A stretch of 64,000 nucleotides of DNA from Squalus acanthias (lineage: Eukaryota), in contig JASTWF010000331.1 of assembly GCA_030390025.1 (NCBI GenBank), positions 434,001 through 498,000 on the forward strand, read 5' to 3'. Shown in pieces: positions 48,995 through 62,399 of this stretch (its first letter is position 1; the number at the start of each line of letters is the position of its first letter). The notes below the pieces were generated by a model. It did not search any database, was not told where the DNA came from, and saw nothing but the letters and a program-made list of their open reading frames with translations. Both the position numbers and the translations under genes were made by a program.

Positions 48995-50000
48995 TATAGG
49001 AATATAAGAAATAGGAGCAGGAGTAGGCCGTTTGACCATTCGAGCCTGCTCCGTCATTCATTAAGATCATGGCTGATCTTCTACCTCATTCCTGAACTAT
49101 CCCCATATCCCTTGATTCGCTTAATATTCAAAAATCCATCGATCTCTGTCTTGAATATACTCAACGACTGAGCCTCCACAACCCTCTTGTGTAGATTATT
49201 CCAAAAAATCATCACCCTGTGAGTGAAGAAATGTCTCTTCATCTCAGACCCAAATAGCCGACCCCTTATTCTGAGACTGAACACCTGGTTCTAGACTCCC
49301 TAGCCAGGGGCATCATCCTCCCTGCATCTACCCTGTCAAGCCCTGTAAAAATCTTGTATGTTTCCATGAGATCACCTCTCATTCCTCTAAACTCTAGATA
49401 ATATAGGTCTAGTCTACTCAATCTATTCTCATAGGACAATTCCCCATCCCAGGAATCAGTCTGGTGAACCTTCGTTACACTCCCTCTATGACAAGTCTAT
49501 CCTTCCTTAGGTAAGGAGACCAAAACTGTACACAATACTCCAGATGTGATCTCACCAGGGCCTTATTTAATTGCAGTAAGACGTCTTTACTCTTATATCA
49601 AAAACTCTTGCAATAAAGGCCAACATATTATTTGCTTTCCTAATTGCACGCAATACCTGCATGTTAAATTTCAGTGCTTCATATACAAGAAAACCCAGAA
49701 CCATCTGAATACCAACATTTCCTAATCTCTCAACATTTAAAAAAATATTCTGCTTTTCTATTTTTCCTATATAAGTGGATAACTTCACATTTCACCACAT
49801 GATATTCCATTGCCATTTTATTGCCCACTCACTTAGCCTGTTTATAGCCCCTTGAAGACTCCTTGCAACCTGCTCAAAACTTACATTCCCAACCAGCTTC
49901 GTATCATCAGCAAACTTGGATATATTACATTTGGTCCCCTCATCCAAATCATTGATGTTGATTGTGAATAGCCGAGGCCCAAGCACAGATCCTTGCTCAT
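48995..50000 (-). mobile_element. CR1-like LINE RT/3' end
   Basis: 'QGSVLGPRLFTININDLDEG...SKFADDTKL'; 3' tail at ~49000. Confidence 0.9.
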
Positions 50001-51594
50001 TCCCACCTAACATGAAAAGCTCCTCCCATACCCGCACCTAATATCCTCATCATTGCCCCAAACATTCTAATTTACTCAGGTCGTCACCAACTCCACCAAG
50101 TATCCAAAGCGCTTCCACAACCCACATAACATCCTCAGCTCTTTACCACTCCACCGAAAATCCTCATTTCCCCCACTGCCAACGACCCTCACCTCTCCAC
50201 CCCACCGTACATTCTCAGCTATTCCACAAACCCCCAGTCTCAGCTACTCCCCACCAGAACCGAACATCCTCAGCTCCTGCACAATCCATTTATTATCTCA
50301 GCTATACCACACCTCCAGCTAACATCCTCAACATCTCTCCATTTATCTCGGCATAAGCTCTGCAGCTGTCAATCACATATTCGCTGCCCGGAAAATGTCA
50401 GGGAACTGCCTGCACGCATTTCTGCCGATTGTCTGCAGCTGTCAATCCAGTGGGTGCGATGTGCTATCACAGATTATCAACCAGATAGAACAACAACAAC
50501 TTCCTGCCAATTCTTTGCAATTCCGAACAGAGTTTATGAATTGTGTTTGCAGAGAGATACGTGCAAAAGTTCTCTAAGCGTTCCCCGGAGGAGAGTGTAC
50601 TATAAAGTATTACCAAGTATTTCCAGCACTGAAATAATCCATTCAGCCCATCAGGTGTATGCCCGTGTTTATGCTCCACTCGAAGCTCCTCCCACCTTTG
50701 TTCGTGAACAGCTTCAACATATCCTTCTATTCATTTATCGACCATGTAGTTATCTAAATTCCCCTTGAATGTGTCCATGCTATTTGCTTCAATTACAACT
50801 TGTGACAGCGCCATCCACAACAGGGCAAAGGACAACAGAGGGCGGCCCTGTTTGTGGCAGCGACAGACGGCCATGTTTGTGTCACCGACAGACGCCTATA
50901 TATGTATAACGTGCGGTTGGCCTTATTTGTTTGTCTTGAGGCCAAAACATTATTCTTTATTTTAGGATATCATCAGTTTCTTTTAATATAGCTTTCTATG
51001 TAATTTATTTAATGTAAATGGTTTATTGAAGCGCTTTAATAAAAATATTAATAAAAATACTGTTTTCAGGCTCTGTTTTGTAAATTTCCCTGCAGGCATT
51101 CCATTTTTAATTTGAGAACAAAAATAAGAAATTTCCCGCCCCAAAGAAAGGCATTGCTCTGTACGGCGATCGAGCCCTCGACATTGGGGTTGTTACAAAC
51201 TGAGCTGACTGCTCCCTGGAATGTCAGAGAAACAGCTGCACTTTTCCCTCTACCAGTTTGCAGCTGTGAATCACAAACTATCCACCCGGGAACTGTTTGA
51301 GAACTTCCTGCACTTGTTTATCTGCACACACTCCGCATCTGTGAATCACACACTCTCCTCCCGGAAAATGTCAGAGATCTTCCTGCACTTCTCTCTCTGC
51401 AAACAATCTGCAGCTGTCAATCACACACTATCCTCCCGGGAACTGAGAATGAACGTCCTGCACCGAACACCGATCATTCTGCACACTGTCTGCAGGGGGT
51501 CGGAAATGTAATGGAATCCTTACTCAAAGATACAATAGAAAAACATCCAGAAACTGGATATACAATAAAGAGCAGTCAATGTGGATAGTCAAGT

Positions 51595-53958
51595 AGTCCA
51601 ATCCTAATATTATTTTCTAAGTGCCCTGTTGCCACGTGCTTAATAATAGATTCTAGCATTTTCCCTAATACTGATGTCAGGCTAATTCGTCTGTAGTTGC
51701 CCATTTTCTCCCTCCCTGATTTCTTAAATAGTGGGGTTACATTTGCTACCTTACAATCCACCGGGAACCGTTCTAGAATTCGTGGATTTTTGGAAAATGA
51801 CAACCAATGCATCAACTATTCCGAAAGCCACCTCTTTCAAAACCCTAGGATGCAGGCCATCAGTTCGAGGGAATGTATTGGCTTTCAGTCCCATTAATTC
51901 GTCCAGCACTATTTTTTCACGAATATTATTTTCTTTCAGTTCCTCATTCTCGCTAGAGACTTGGTTCTCCACTATTTCCGAATAGTTATTGGTAACTTCT
52001 TCCGTGAAGACAGGCACAAAGTATTTGTTTCATTTCTCTTCCCGTTTCCTGATTCCCCATTATAATTTCTCCTGTCTCAGCCTGCAAGGGACCCACGTTT
52101 ACTTTCGCTAATCTTTGCCTTTTTACATACTAATAGAAGCTTTTTTGTCTGATTTTATGTCTCTCGAAAGTCAAGTCTCATATTCCTTTTTCCCTCTCGT
52201 TATTTTAGAGGGTGGTAGTGGGGCAGCCTTCACCTCTGACTCAGTGAGTGGTTCGAATCGCTCCCACGCCCCTGTTTCCTAGACTTTGGACTTATTTAGG
52301 GGTAGTGAACAAAGATGCAGAAGAAAACACGTTCTCATGAAAGAATTTTGACTTTACTAGAAGAAAAAGGTAACAAACTTAAAACACACTTAATACTTAA
52401 ACACAGGTTGGAGAACACACGGTAGAAGCGAGGGAGAAAGACAATATGCAAAAAAAACCTTATCCCTCCCAAAAATCCCACTATCTAGCTAGGTTTTGTT
52501 TTCAGGAGATCAGGGTTAATGCTCACCAAACGAATCCTTGACAGTTGAGTGTTATGGTTTAAAGTATTTTCAGTAAAAGTTTGCGTAAGGCCCTTGTAGC
52601 TGCGAGGTGTCCGATGGTCACTGAGGCAGTCGCTCTGGTTTCTTCTTGTGTGTTGGTCTGTTTGTGAAGTTGTTGGCTTTCTTCCCTCCTCCTCCTCGTG
52701 GCTTGTGGTGTCTTTCCTGGATCAGAGCTGAGAGAGAGAGAGAGCTGTGCGAGCTTTGTCAAGGAGTCCAGAGAGAGAGTTTCTTGGGATATTAGGCCCC
52801 CAATTATACTTGTTCAGCCCCTTTGTCCTTTTTGCGCCCAAAACCCCTGACTAAAACGGTTTCCTTTAGATTTCAAATGACGCCGGTTTATTCCATTGTC
52901 TTAGTTTTCGCGGGCTTGCAGTTTCGATGGCTTTAACTTGGTGTTAAACAAGCTCTGATAGCTTCCGATTTAGGCAAGGCCTTTATCTACGCGCCAAATC
53001 TTTTCCCTATTGCCCTAGGGTTTTTGGCGGGCTTTTAAGTCTGTCCTGTGGATACATGGTTGATTGTTTTTTGATGTTCTAAATCGGGGTACTAAATGTT
53101 TTATTAAATTCAGGCTTCTGGTATCCTGTTTGGGCCTGGGAATTTCAAAAGAGGTCTTGGTTTATTCATATTTCGATGTGTGTGAGGCTTTGCGTTTGTC
53201 TTTTGCTGCTTGGTAGGAAGGCAGTGCAAACACATTCCCAGAGATTTGATTGGGCCCCAATACCCAAAGCTGTCCACTGCCTGGCCACGCCCCTCCGCAG
53301 CCTGTCGGTGTCTGTGAAAGGCGTCTTTCCCAACAGTAAGAATCAAAAAGTCATTTTCCTCAGGTTTTTTTCTTCCCTGATCTTTCAAAATGTCCAAAAC
53401 TGAGGTTTTAACTTCAAACCACTTCACCTAGGGTTCTATGCGAGTTTCTGGGGGATTTTGCGAAGCCTACATTATCAATTTCTTGGTCCACCTTTGCTAA
53501 CTTCTAAAGTCTTCAAAATCCTCAGCTGTACTGCCCTTTTTGGCAAACTTATCAGCCTCTCCCTTTCATCTATTAATATCTTGAACTTCTCCTGTTAGCC
53601 ACGGTTGGAGCTCCTTTCATGTGAGGTTTTTGTTCCTTAAAGGAATGCATATCAGTTGTAAATTTTCAATTAATTCTTAATGCTAACCATTGCCTCTCTC
53701 TGGTCAGATCTTTTTAATGTAGGGTGCCAAACTATCGAAACCAACTCGCCCCTCATACCTACATAGTTTTCTTTGTTTATATTTAAGACCCAAGTTTTTT
53801 ATTTAACTAAGTCACTTTCAGCGTCAATATAAAATTCTATCATATTATGGTCACTCTTCCCTAAATGCCCCTTTACTACAAGATTATTAATTCAGCCTTT
53901 CAAGCTGCAGAATACGAGATCTAAAATACCATGTTCCCTAGCTGATTCCTCAACATAC
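51595..53958 (-). mobile_element. CR1-like LINE ORF2 fragment interrupted by a solo LTR
   Basis: 'DGLHPRVLKEVA', 'ANVTPLFKK..GNYRRISLTSVLGKMLE'; the sequence resumes at 53472. Confidence 0.85.
52204..53471. mobile_element. Solo LTR (1268 bp) with 4-bp TSD TTAT
   Basis: TTAT at 52200-52203 and 53472-53475; ends T(t)TAG...CTACA; cleanly interrupts the CR1. Confidence 0.7.
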
Positions 53959-55737
53959 TGAGAGAAGTTAGGTTCCGGAGTAGGCCATTCGGCCCCTCGA
54001 GTATGTTCTGCCATTTAATGAGATCATGGCTGATCATCCAAATTCAGTACCATGTCCCTGCTTTCTCCCCATATTCCTTGATCCCTTTAGACTTAAGAAA
54101 TATATCTAACTCCTTCTTGAATATATTTAATGAATTGTCCTCAACTGCCTTCTGTGGTAGAGAATTCCAAAGGTTCACCACTCTCTGGGAGAAGAAATTC
54201 CTCCTCATGTCACTCCTAAATGTCTTACCCCTTATCCTTAGACTGTGACCCTTGGTTCTGGACTCCCCCGGCATCGGAAACATCCTTCCTGCATCTAGTC
54301 TGTCTAGTCCTGTTAGAATTTTGTAAGTTTCAATGAGATCCCCTCTCATTCTTCTAAACTCTATCAAATATAAGCCTAATCGACCCAATCTCTCCTCATA
54401 CATCATTCCTGCCATCCCAGCTATCACTCTGTTGAATCTTCGCTGCACTCCCTCCATGGCAAGAACATCCTTCCTCAGATAAGGAGACTAAAATTGCACA
54501 CAATACTCAAGGTGTGGTCTCACCAAGGCCCTTGCAACTGCAACAAGTCATCCTTGCTCCTGTACTCGAATCCTCTCGCTATGAAGCCCAACATACCATT
54601 TGCCGTCTTAACCGCCTGCTGCACTTGCATCCTTACCTTCAGCGACTGGTGCACAAGTACACCCAGGTCTCGTTGCACTTCCACTTTTCCCAATCTATTG
54701 CCGTTCAGATAATAATTTGTCTTTTGTTTTTGCCACCGAAGTGGATACCCTCGCATTTATCAGCATTATACTCCATTTTCCATAGATCTGCTCAATAATC
54801 CAAACTGTCCAAATCATTCTGGAGTTTCTCTGCATCCTCCTCACAGCACACACGCCCACCCAGCTTTGTGTCGTCTGCAGACTTGGAGATATTACATATA
54901 GTTTTCTTGTCTAGATCATTTATATATATTGTGAATAGCTGGGGTCCTAGCACCGATCACTGCGGTATCCCACCAGTCACTGCCTTCCACTCGGAAAAAG
55001 ACCTGTTTATTCCAACTCTTTGTTTCCTGTCTTCCAAAAAGTTATCTATCCAAGTCAGTACCTTACCCCCATTCCCGTGTGCTTTAACCTTGCACGCTAA
55101 TCTCTTATGTGGAACATTATCAAATGCCTTCTGAAAGTCCAAATACACAAAATCCACTTGTTCTCCCTTATCTATTCTGAGAGTTATATCCTCAAAAAAA
55201 TTCCAGTAGATTAGTCAAGCTCGATTTACCTTTTGTAAATCCATGTTGACATTGTCCGATCCTGTCACTGTTTTCCATGTGCTCTGCTATTACATATTTT
55301 ACAATGGACTCCAGCATTTTCCCCACTGTCGATGTCAGAATTACCGGTCTACAATTCCCCGTTTTCTCTCTACTACCTTTTTTAAATAGTGAGGCTACAT
55401 TAGCTATCCTCCAATCCATGGGAACTGTTCCAGAGTCTATAGAATTTTGAAAGATGATCAGCAATGCATCTACTATTTCTAGGGCCACTTCCTTAAGTAC
55501 ACTAAAATGTAGATTATTAGGCCCTGTGGATTTATCGTCCTTCAATCCCATCAATTTCCCTAACACCATTTCCCTACAAATACTGATTTAATTCAGTTCC
55601 TCCCTCTCATTGGACCTTATGTTCACCGACATTTCTGGGAGGTTATTTGTGTCCTCCTTCGTGAAGACAAAACCAATGTCTGTATTTAATTGAGAGGTCG
55701 CACATCACCAGGTTATAGTCCAACAGTTTTATTTGAA

Positions 55738-55781
55738 ATCACAAGCTTTCGGAGCTATCGATTGCTCCTTCCTCAGGTGAA
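55738..55781 (-). ncRNA. Minimal type I hammerhead ribozyme motif (inverted pLTR copy)
   Basis: Reverse complement of 58181-58224. Confidence 0.7.
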
Positions 55782-55973
55782 GTAAATTAGATACAGAATC
55801 GCCAAACCATATATAGATAGAAAACAAAGCATGTGTACTTTACAATTGCAGATCACTAAATTAAATCATCCTGACTATCTGCCGAGGTGTGATAAAGTTA
55901 ATTAAGTCAGCCAGGAAGGTACCACATCAAAGACATAGCAAGATACAACTGAGACAATGAGGTGTAGTCGCAG

Positions 55974-57851
55974 AATGTAGTCCAGAATGTCACCCGAGCA
56001 CAACGCAACGCCATCCACGCTCTCAAGACCAACCGCTACATTGTCATCAAACCAGCGGACAAAGGAGGAGCCATCGTAATACAGAACAGAACGGACTATT
56101 GTAAAGAAGCATACCGACAACTGGACAACCAGGAACACTACAGACAGCTACCCGCAGATCCGACCAAAGAACACACCCGCCAACTCAATAGACTGATCAA
56201 GACCTTCGATCCAGACCTTCAAAACATCCTACGCGCTCTCATCCCACGTACTCCCCGCGTGGGAGACTTCTACTGCCTCCCAAAGATACACAAAGCCAAC
56301 ACACCCGGACGTCCTATCGTATCAGGCAATGGAACCCTGTGTGAGAACCTCTCTGGATACGTCGAGGGCATTCTGAAACCCATCGTACAGGGAACCCCCA
56401 GCTTCTGTCGCGACACTACAGACTTCTTACAGAAACTCAGCAACCACGGACCAGTTGAACCAGGAACACTCCTTGCCACGATGGACGTATCGGCACTCTA
56501 CACCAGTATCCCCCACGATGACGGCATCGCTGCAACAGCCTCAGTACTCAACATCAACAACAGCCAATCTCCAGACGCCATCCTACAACTCATCCGCTTC
56601 ATCCTTGACCACAATGTCTTCACCTTCGATAATCATTTTTTTACCCGAACACACGGAACAGCCATGGGGACCAAATTCGCACCCTAATACGCCAACATCT
56701 TCATGCACAAGTTCGAGCAAAACTTCTTCGCTGCACAGGAACTCCAGCCAACGCTGTACACCAGATACATCGATGACGTTTTCTTCCTTTGGACCCATGG
56801 CGAAGGATCACTGAAAAGACTACACGATAACATAAACAAGTTCCATCCCACCAGCAAACTCACCATGGACTACTCCTCAGAATCGGTCTCATTCCTGGAC
56901 ACACGAATCTCCATCAAAGACGGACACCTCAGCACTTCACTCTACCGCAAGCCCACGGACAACCTCACGATGCTCCACTTCTCCAGCTTCCACCCTAACC
57001 ATTTTAAAGAAGCCATCCCTTATGGACAAGCCCTGCGAATACACAGGATCTGCTCAGACGAGGAGGAACGCGATGGACACCTACGGACGCTGAAAAACGC
57101 CCTCGTAAGAATGGGATATGACGCTCGACTCATCGATCGACAGTTCCGACGGGCCACAGCGAAAAATCGCATAGACCTCCTCAGAAGGCAAACACGGGAC
57201 ACAACCAACAGGGTACCCTACGTCGTCCAGTACTTCCCCGGAGCGGAGAAACTACGCCATGTTCTTCGCAGCCTTCAACATGTCATCGATGACGACAAAC
57301 ACCTCGCTAAGGCCATCCCCACGCCTCCACTACTTGCCTTCAAACAGCCGCCTAACCTCAGAAGTACCATCGTTCGCAGCAAATTACCCAGCTTTCAGGA
57401 TAACAGCGACCACGACACCACACAACCCTGCCATGGCAAACTCTGCAAGACATATCAGATTATCAACACAGATACCACCATCACACGTGAGGACACTACC
57501 CACCAGGTACATGGTACATACTCATGTGACTCGGCCAACGTTGTCTACCTCATACGTTGCAGGAAAGAATGCACCGCGGCATGGTACATCGGCGAGACCA
57601 TGCAGACACTGAGACAACGTATGAACGAGCACCGCGCAACAATCGCCAGGCAGGATTGTTACCTCCCAGTCGGGGAACACTTCAGCAGTCAAGGACATTC
57701 AGCCTCGGATCTGCGGGTAAGCGTTCTCCAAGGCAACCTTAGAAACACACGACAACGCAAAATCATCGAGCAGAAACTGATAGCCAAGTTCCGCACTCAT
57801 GAAGACGGTCTCAATCGGGATCTTGGGTTTATGTCACGATACATGACGTGA
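55974..57851 (+). pseudogene. Penelope RT + GIY-YIG endonuclease ORF, 5'-truncated, with one premature stop (56685-56687)
   Basis: IKPADKG, FYCLPKIHK, GRPIVS, MDVSALYTSI, GTAMG, RYIDD, VVYLIRC...YIGET, GLN. The TAA corresponds to CAA in copy 2. Confidence 0.92.
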
Positions 57852-58180
57852 TCCGGACTCGAGTCGTCGTTAGCTTGTTCACAGATGTGATTCCCAGTAA
57901 AAAAGTAAAAATTTTCCCAGTAAAAAAGTAAAAATTTTAAAGCTTTTCGTTTTACATACAGACGGCAGCTTTTGACACGTTAGAACCCCTGCGACTACAC
58001 GTCATTGTCTCAGTTGTATCTTGCTATGTCTTTGATGTGGTACCTTCCTGGCTGACTTAATTAACTTTATCACACCTCGGCAGATAGTCAGGATGATTTA
58101 ATTTAGTGATCTGCAATTGTAAAGTACACATGCTTTGTTTTCTATCTATATATGGTTTGGCGATTCTGTATCTAATTTAC

Positions 58181-58224
58181 TTCACCTGAGGAAGGAGCAA
58201 TCGATAGCTCCGAAAGCTTGTGAT
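58181..58224 (+). ncRNA. Minimal type I hammerhead ribozyme motif
   Basis: TCAC-CTGAGGA-A-GGAGC(AATCGATA)GCTCC-GAAA-GCTT-GTGA: catalytic core, stem II, palindromic AGCT stem III, stem I TCAC/GTGA. Confidence 0.75.
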
Positions 58225-59544
58225 TTCAAATAAAAATGTTGGACTATAACCTGGTGTTGTGCGACCTCTCAATTTTGTCCACCCCAGTCCAACACCGGCA
58301 TCTCCGCATCATGTATTTAATTGGTCAGCCCTTTCTTTGTTCCCCATTATAAATTCCCCTGATTCTGACTGCAAGGGACCTACGATTGACTTCACCAATC
58401 TTTTTCTCTTCACATATCTATAGAAGCTCTTACAGTCAGTTTTTATGTTCCCTGCAAGTTTACTCTCATAGTCTATTTCCCCCCTCTTATCTAATCCCTT
58501 TGTCCTCCTTTGCTGAATGCTAAACTGCTCGCAATCCTCAGGTTTGCTGCTTTGTCTGGCCAATTTATATGACCTGTCCTTGGATCTTATGCTATCCCTA
58601 TTTTCCCTTGTTAGCCACGGCTGAGTCAATTTTTTGTTTTATTGTTGTGCAAAGCAGGGTTGAACAAATTCTGTAGTTCATCCATATGATCTTTAAATGT
58701 TTGCCATTGCCTATCCACCGTCAACCCTTTTAAGTAACATTCCCCAATCCATCCTAACCAACTCGCGCCTCATACCATCGTAGTTTCCTTTATTTAAATT
58801 CAGTACCCTAGTCTCTGAGTCAACTATTACTTCACTCTCCATCTTAATGAAGAATTCTATCATATTATGATCGCTCTCATCCCCAAGGGGCCTCGCGCAA
58901 CAAGTTTGCTAATTAATCCTTTCTCATTACATAATACCCAGTATAAGATGGCCTGATCTCCAGTTGGTTCCTCGACATTTTGGTCCAGGAAACCATTCCG
59001 TATAGACTCTAGGAATTCCTCTTCCACAGTAATATTACTAATTTGGTTAGACCAACTATATGTAGATTAAATTCACCCATGATAACTGCTGTGCCCTTAT
59101 TGCACGCATCTCTAATTTCCCGTTTAAACTCGCCACAGAAAGAAAAGTATTGTCCATTCCATTCTAAGTACCCATTTAACGGCGTGATATGTGTTAACTT
59201 CTGTCAAACAACTGGCAAATACCCACTGTAACACAGAAAATTAACAATTGCTAGTTTGGCGTCTAAGCCTTTTCTTACTCTAAGTGTAGGTAATGTAAGA
59301 CACTTTAGTTGTTTTGGTGTTGATTAATCCCCGTCACCCCTCACGGCACTGAGAATCTCTGGGACATGAATGCTTAATTTTCTTACACATGATTGTGAGT
59401 TACTCAGAGTTGTTGAACAAGACACAAATAGGCAGCAGCCTGTATGTTTGGGCAATACATCAGATTTGTTAATGTTACAGGGTAACATTAGACAATAGTA
59501 ACGGATAGCTCGCAGACCTTAGTTTCTGGTACACTTCGGACACA

Positions 59545-60490
59545 GGCTGTTTTGTGTCTGACTCCGCTGTTCCTGTGTCTGACCCCGCTGGTCCTGTGTC
59601 TGACCCCGCTGGTCCTATGTCTGACCCCGGTGGTCCTGTGTCTGACCCCGCTGTTTTGTGTCTGACCCCGCTTGTCCGGTATATTACCCCACTGCTCCTG
59701 TGTCTGACTCCGCTGGCCCTGTGTCTGACGCCACTGCTCCTGTGTCTGACCCCGCTGTTCCTGTGTCTGATCCCACTGTTCCTGTGTCTGACCCCGCTGT
59801 TTTGTCTCTGACCCCGCTGGTGCTGTGTCTGACCCCGCTGTTTTGTGTCTGACTCCGCTGGTCATGTGTCTGACCCGGCTGGTCCTGTGTCTGTCCCCGC
59901 TGGTCCTGTGTCTGACCCCGCTGGTCCTGTGTCTGACCCCGCTGGTCCTGTGTCTGTCCCGCTTTTCCTGTGTCTGACCCCGCTGGTAATGTGTCTGACT
60001 CTGCTGGTCATGTGTCTGACCCCGCTGTTTTGTGCCTGTGCCTGACCCCGCTGGTCCTGTGTCTGACCCCGCTGTTTTGTATCTGCCCCCGCCTGTCCTG
60101 CGTCTGACCCCGCTGTTTTGTGTCTGAGTCCGCTGCTGCTCTGTATGTCCCCGCAGGTCATGTGTCTGACCCCGCTCATCCTGTGTCTGACCCCGCTGGT
60201 GCTGTGTCTGACCCCGCCTATCCTGTGTCTGACCCCGCTCGTCCTGTGTCTGACCCCGCTCGTGCTGTGTCTGACCCGCTGGTGCTGTGTCAGACCCCGC
60301 TTTTCCTGTGTCTGACCGGCTGGTGCTGTGTCTGACCCGCTGGTGCTGTGTTTTAAGCCTGCTGGAACATATTCTGACCTTACTGGTGCTATTTCTCACC
60401 GTCCTGGTGCTGAGTCAGACCCTGATGGCGGTCAGTCTGACCTCCTGATGCTATGTCGGACACAGTTGCCAGTTAGTCTGACCCCGCTGT
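59545..60490. repeat. 21-bp (with 19-bp variants) GC-rich minisatellite (CTGTGTCTGACCCCGCTGGTC)n
   Basis: Visible periodicity; 7-aa periodic pseudo-ORFs; degenerate after ~60350. Confidence 0.95.
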
Positions 60491-60576
60491 TGGGGTGACT
60501 TACCGTCCTGAGGTTGAGTCTCCTCCGCACTCTGTTACACAGACAGTTATAATAGACTCTGCTGTCAATGATGAAC

Positions 60577-62315
60577 TACACCAGTATCCCCCACGATGAA
60601 GGCGTCGCTGCGATAGCCTCAGTACTCAACAGCAACAACAGCCAATCTCCAGACGCCATCCTACAACTCATCCGCTTCACCCTTGACCACAATGTCTTCA
60701 CCTTCGACAGCCATTTTATTACCCAAACACACGGAACAGCCATGGGCACCAAATTCGCACCCCAATACGCCAACATCTTCATGCACAATTTCGAGCTAGA
60801 CTTCTTCGCTGCACAGGACCTCCAGCCAACGCTGTACACCAGATACATCGACGACATTTTCTTCCTTTGGACACACGGCGAAAGATCACTGAAAAGACTA
60901 CACGATAACATCAACAAGTTCCATCCCACCATCAAACTCACCATGGACTACTCATCAGAATCCGTTTCATTCCTGGACACACGAATCTCCAACAAAGACG
61001 GACACCTCAGCACTTCACTCTACCGCAAGCCCACGGACAACCTCACGATGCTCCTCTTCTCCAGCTTCCACCTTAACCACGTTAAAGAAGCCATCCCCTA
61101 TGGACAAGCACTGCGAATACACAGGATCTGCGCAGACGAGGAGGAACGCGATGGACACCTAAGGACGCTGAGAGACGCCCTCGTAAGAACGGGATATGAC
61201 GCTCGACTCATCGATCGACAGTTCCGACGGTCCACAGCGAAAAATCGCATAGACTTCCTCAGAAGGCGAACACGGGACACAACCAACAGAGTACCCTACG
61301 TCGTCCAGTACTTCCCCGGAGCGGAGAAAATACGCCATGTTCTTCGCAGCCTTCAACATGTCATCGATGACGATAAACACCTGGCTAAGGCCATCCCCAC
61401 GCCTCCACTACTCGCCTTCAAACAGCTGCCTAACCTCAAAAGCACCATCATTCGCAGCAAATTACCCAGCTTTCAGGATAACAGCGACCACGACACCACA
61501 AAACCCTGCCACGGCAACCTCTGCAAGACATGCCAGATCATCAACACAGATACCATCATCACACGTGAGGACACTACCCACCAGGTACATGGTACATACT
61601 CATGTGACTCGGCCAACGTTTTCTACCTCATACGTTGCAGGAAAAGCTGCGAGGAAACATCGGCGAGTCCATGCTGACACTGAGACAACGTATGAACGGA
61701 CACCGCACAACAATCGCCAGGCAGGATTGTTACCTCCGGAGAACACTTCAGCAGTCAAGGACATTCAGCCTCGGATCTGCGGATAAGCGTTCTCCAAGGC
61801 GGCCTTCGAGACACACGAAAACGCAAAATCATCGAGCAGAAACTGGTAGCCAAGTTACGCACTCATGATGACGGCCTCAACCGGGATCTTGGGTTCAATG
61901 TCACGCTACATGACGTAGAGTCATCCAGACTCGAGTCGTCGTTGGCTTGTTCACAGATGTGATTTCCATTAAAAAAAAGTAAACATTTTAAAGTTTATGG
62001 TTTTCCATACAGACTGCATTTGACACATTAGACCCCCTGTGACCCCACCTCATTGTCTCAGTTGTATTTTGCTATGTCTTTGATATAATGTCTTCCTGAG
62101 CTGATTGTCTCTCTGCTGAGGTGTGACGAAAGGCAGTCAGAAGGATTAAATGTAGTCGTCTGACATTGTACGCTACACATGCATTGTTCTCTGTCTATAT
62201 ATGCTTTGCGAATTCGTATTCCTTCACTTCACCTGACGAAGGGGCAGCAGCTCCGAAAGCTTGTGAATTCAAATAAAACAGTTGGACTATAACCTGGTGT
62301 TGTGCGACTTCTCAA
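60577..62315 (+). mobile_element. Penelope-like element 2, 5'-truncated, frameshifted in the GIY-YIG domain
   Basis: ORF 60568-61677 (GTAMG, RYIDD, VFYLIRC) is highly similar to copy 1; deletion near 61650; pLTR extends to ~62315. Confidence 0.92.
62228..62267 (+). ncRNA. Minimal type I hammerhead ribozyme motif
   Basis: TTCAC-CTGACGA-A-GGGGC(AGCA)GCTCC-GAAA-GCTT-GTGAA. Confidence 0.78.
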
Positions 62316-62399
62316 TGATGAACTCTTCACTTCCATAGAATACTGTCTTTAACTTTCCACCCAGTATCAGATCTTTTGAGCGTTCTGAATATTTACTCA

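Larger units (their letters stand above)
55693..58311 (+). mobile_element. Penelope-like element 1: inverted pLTR (~55690-55973), 5'-truncated ORF, pLTR (~57989-58273) and 3' tail
   Basis: 12-bp TSD TGTATTTAATTG (55681-55692, 58312-58323); ~285-bp near-perfect inverted repeat. Confidence 0.92.
53960..59080 (-). mobile_element. CR1-like LINE ORF2, split by a Penelope insertion at 55693-58311
   Basis: ORFs 54044-54457, 54957-55157 (VYLDFQKAFD), 55192-55569 (QHGFTKGKS) and 58309-58629. Confidence 0.9.

Noticed and set aside
59488..60399. Gln/Arg-rich 303-aa ORF
   Set aside because: Translation of the 21/19-bp minisatellite with frame switching between units.
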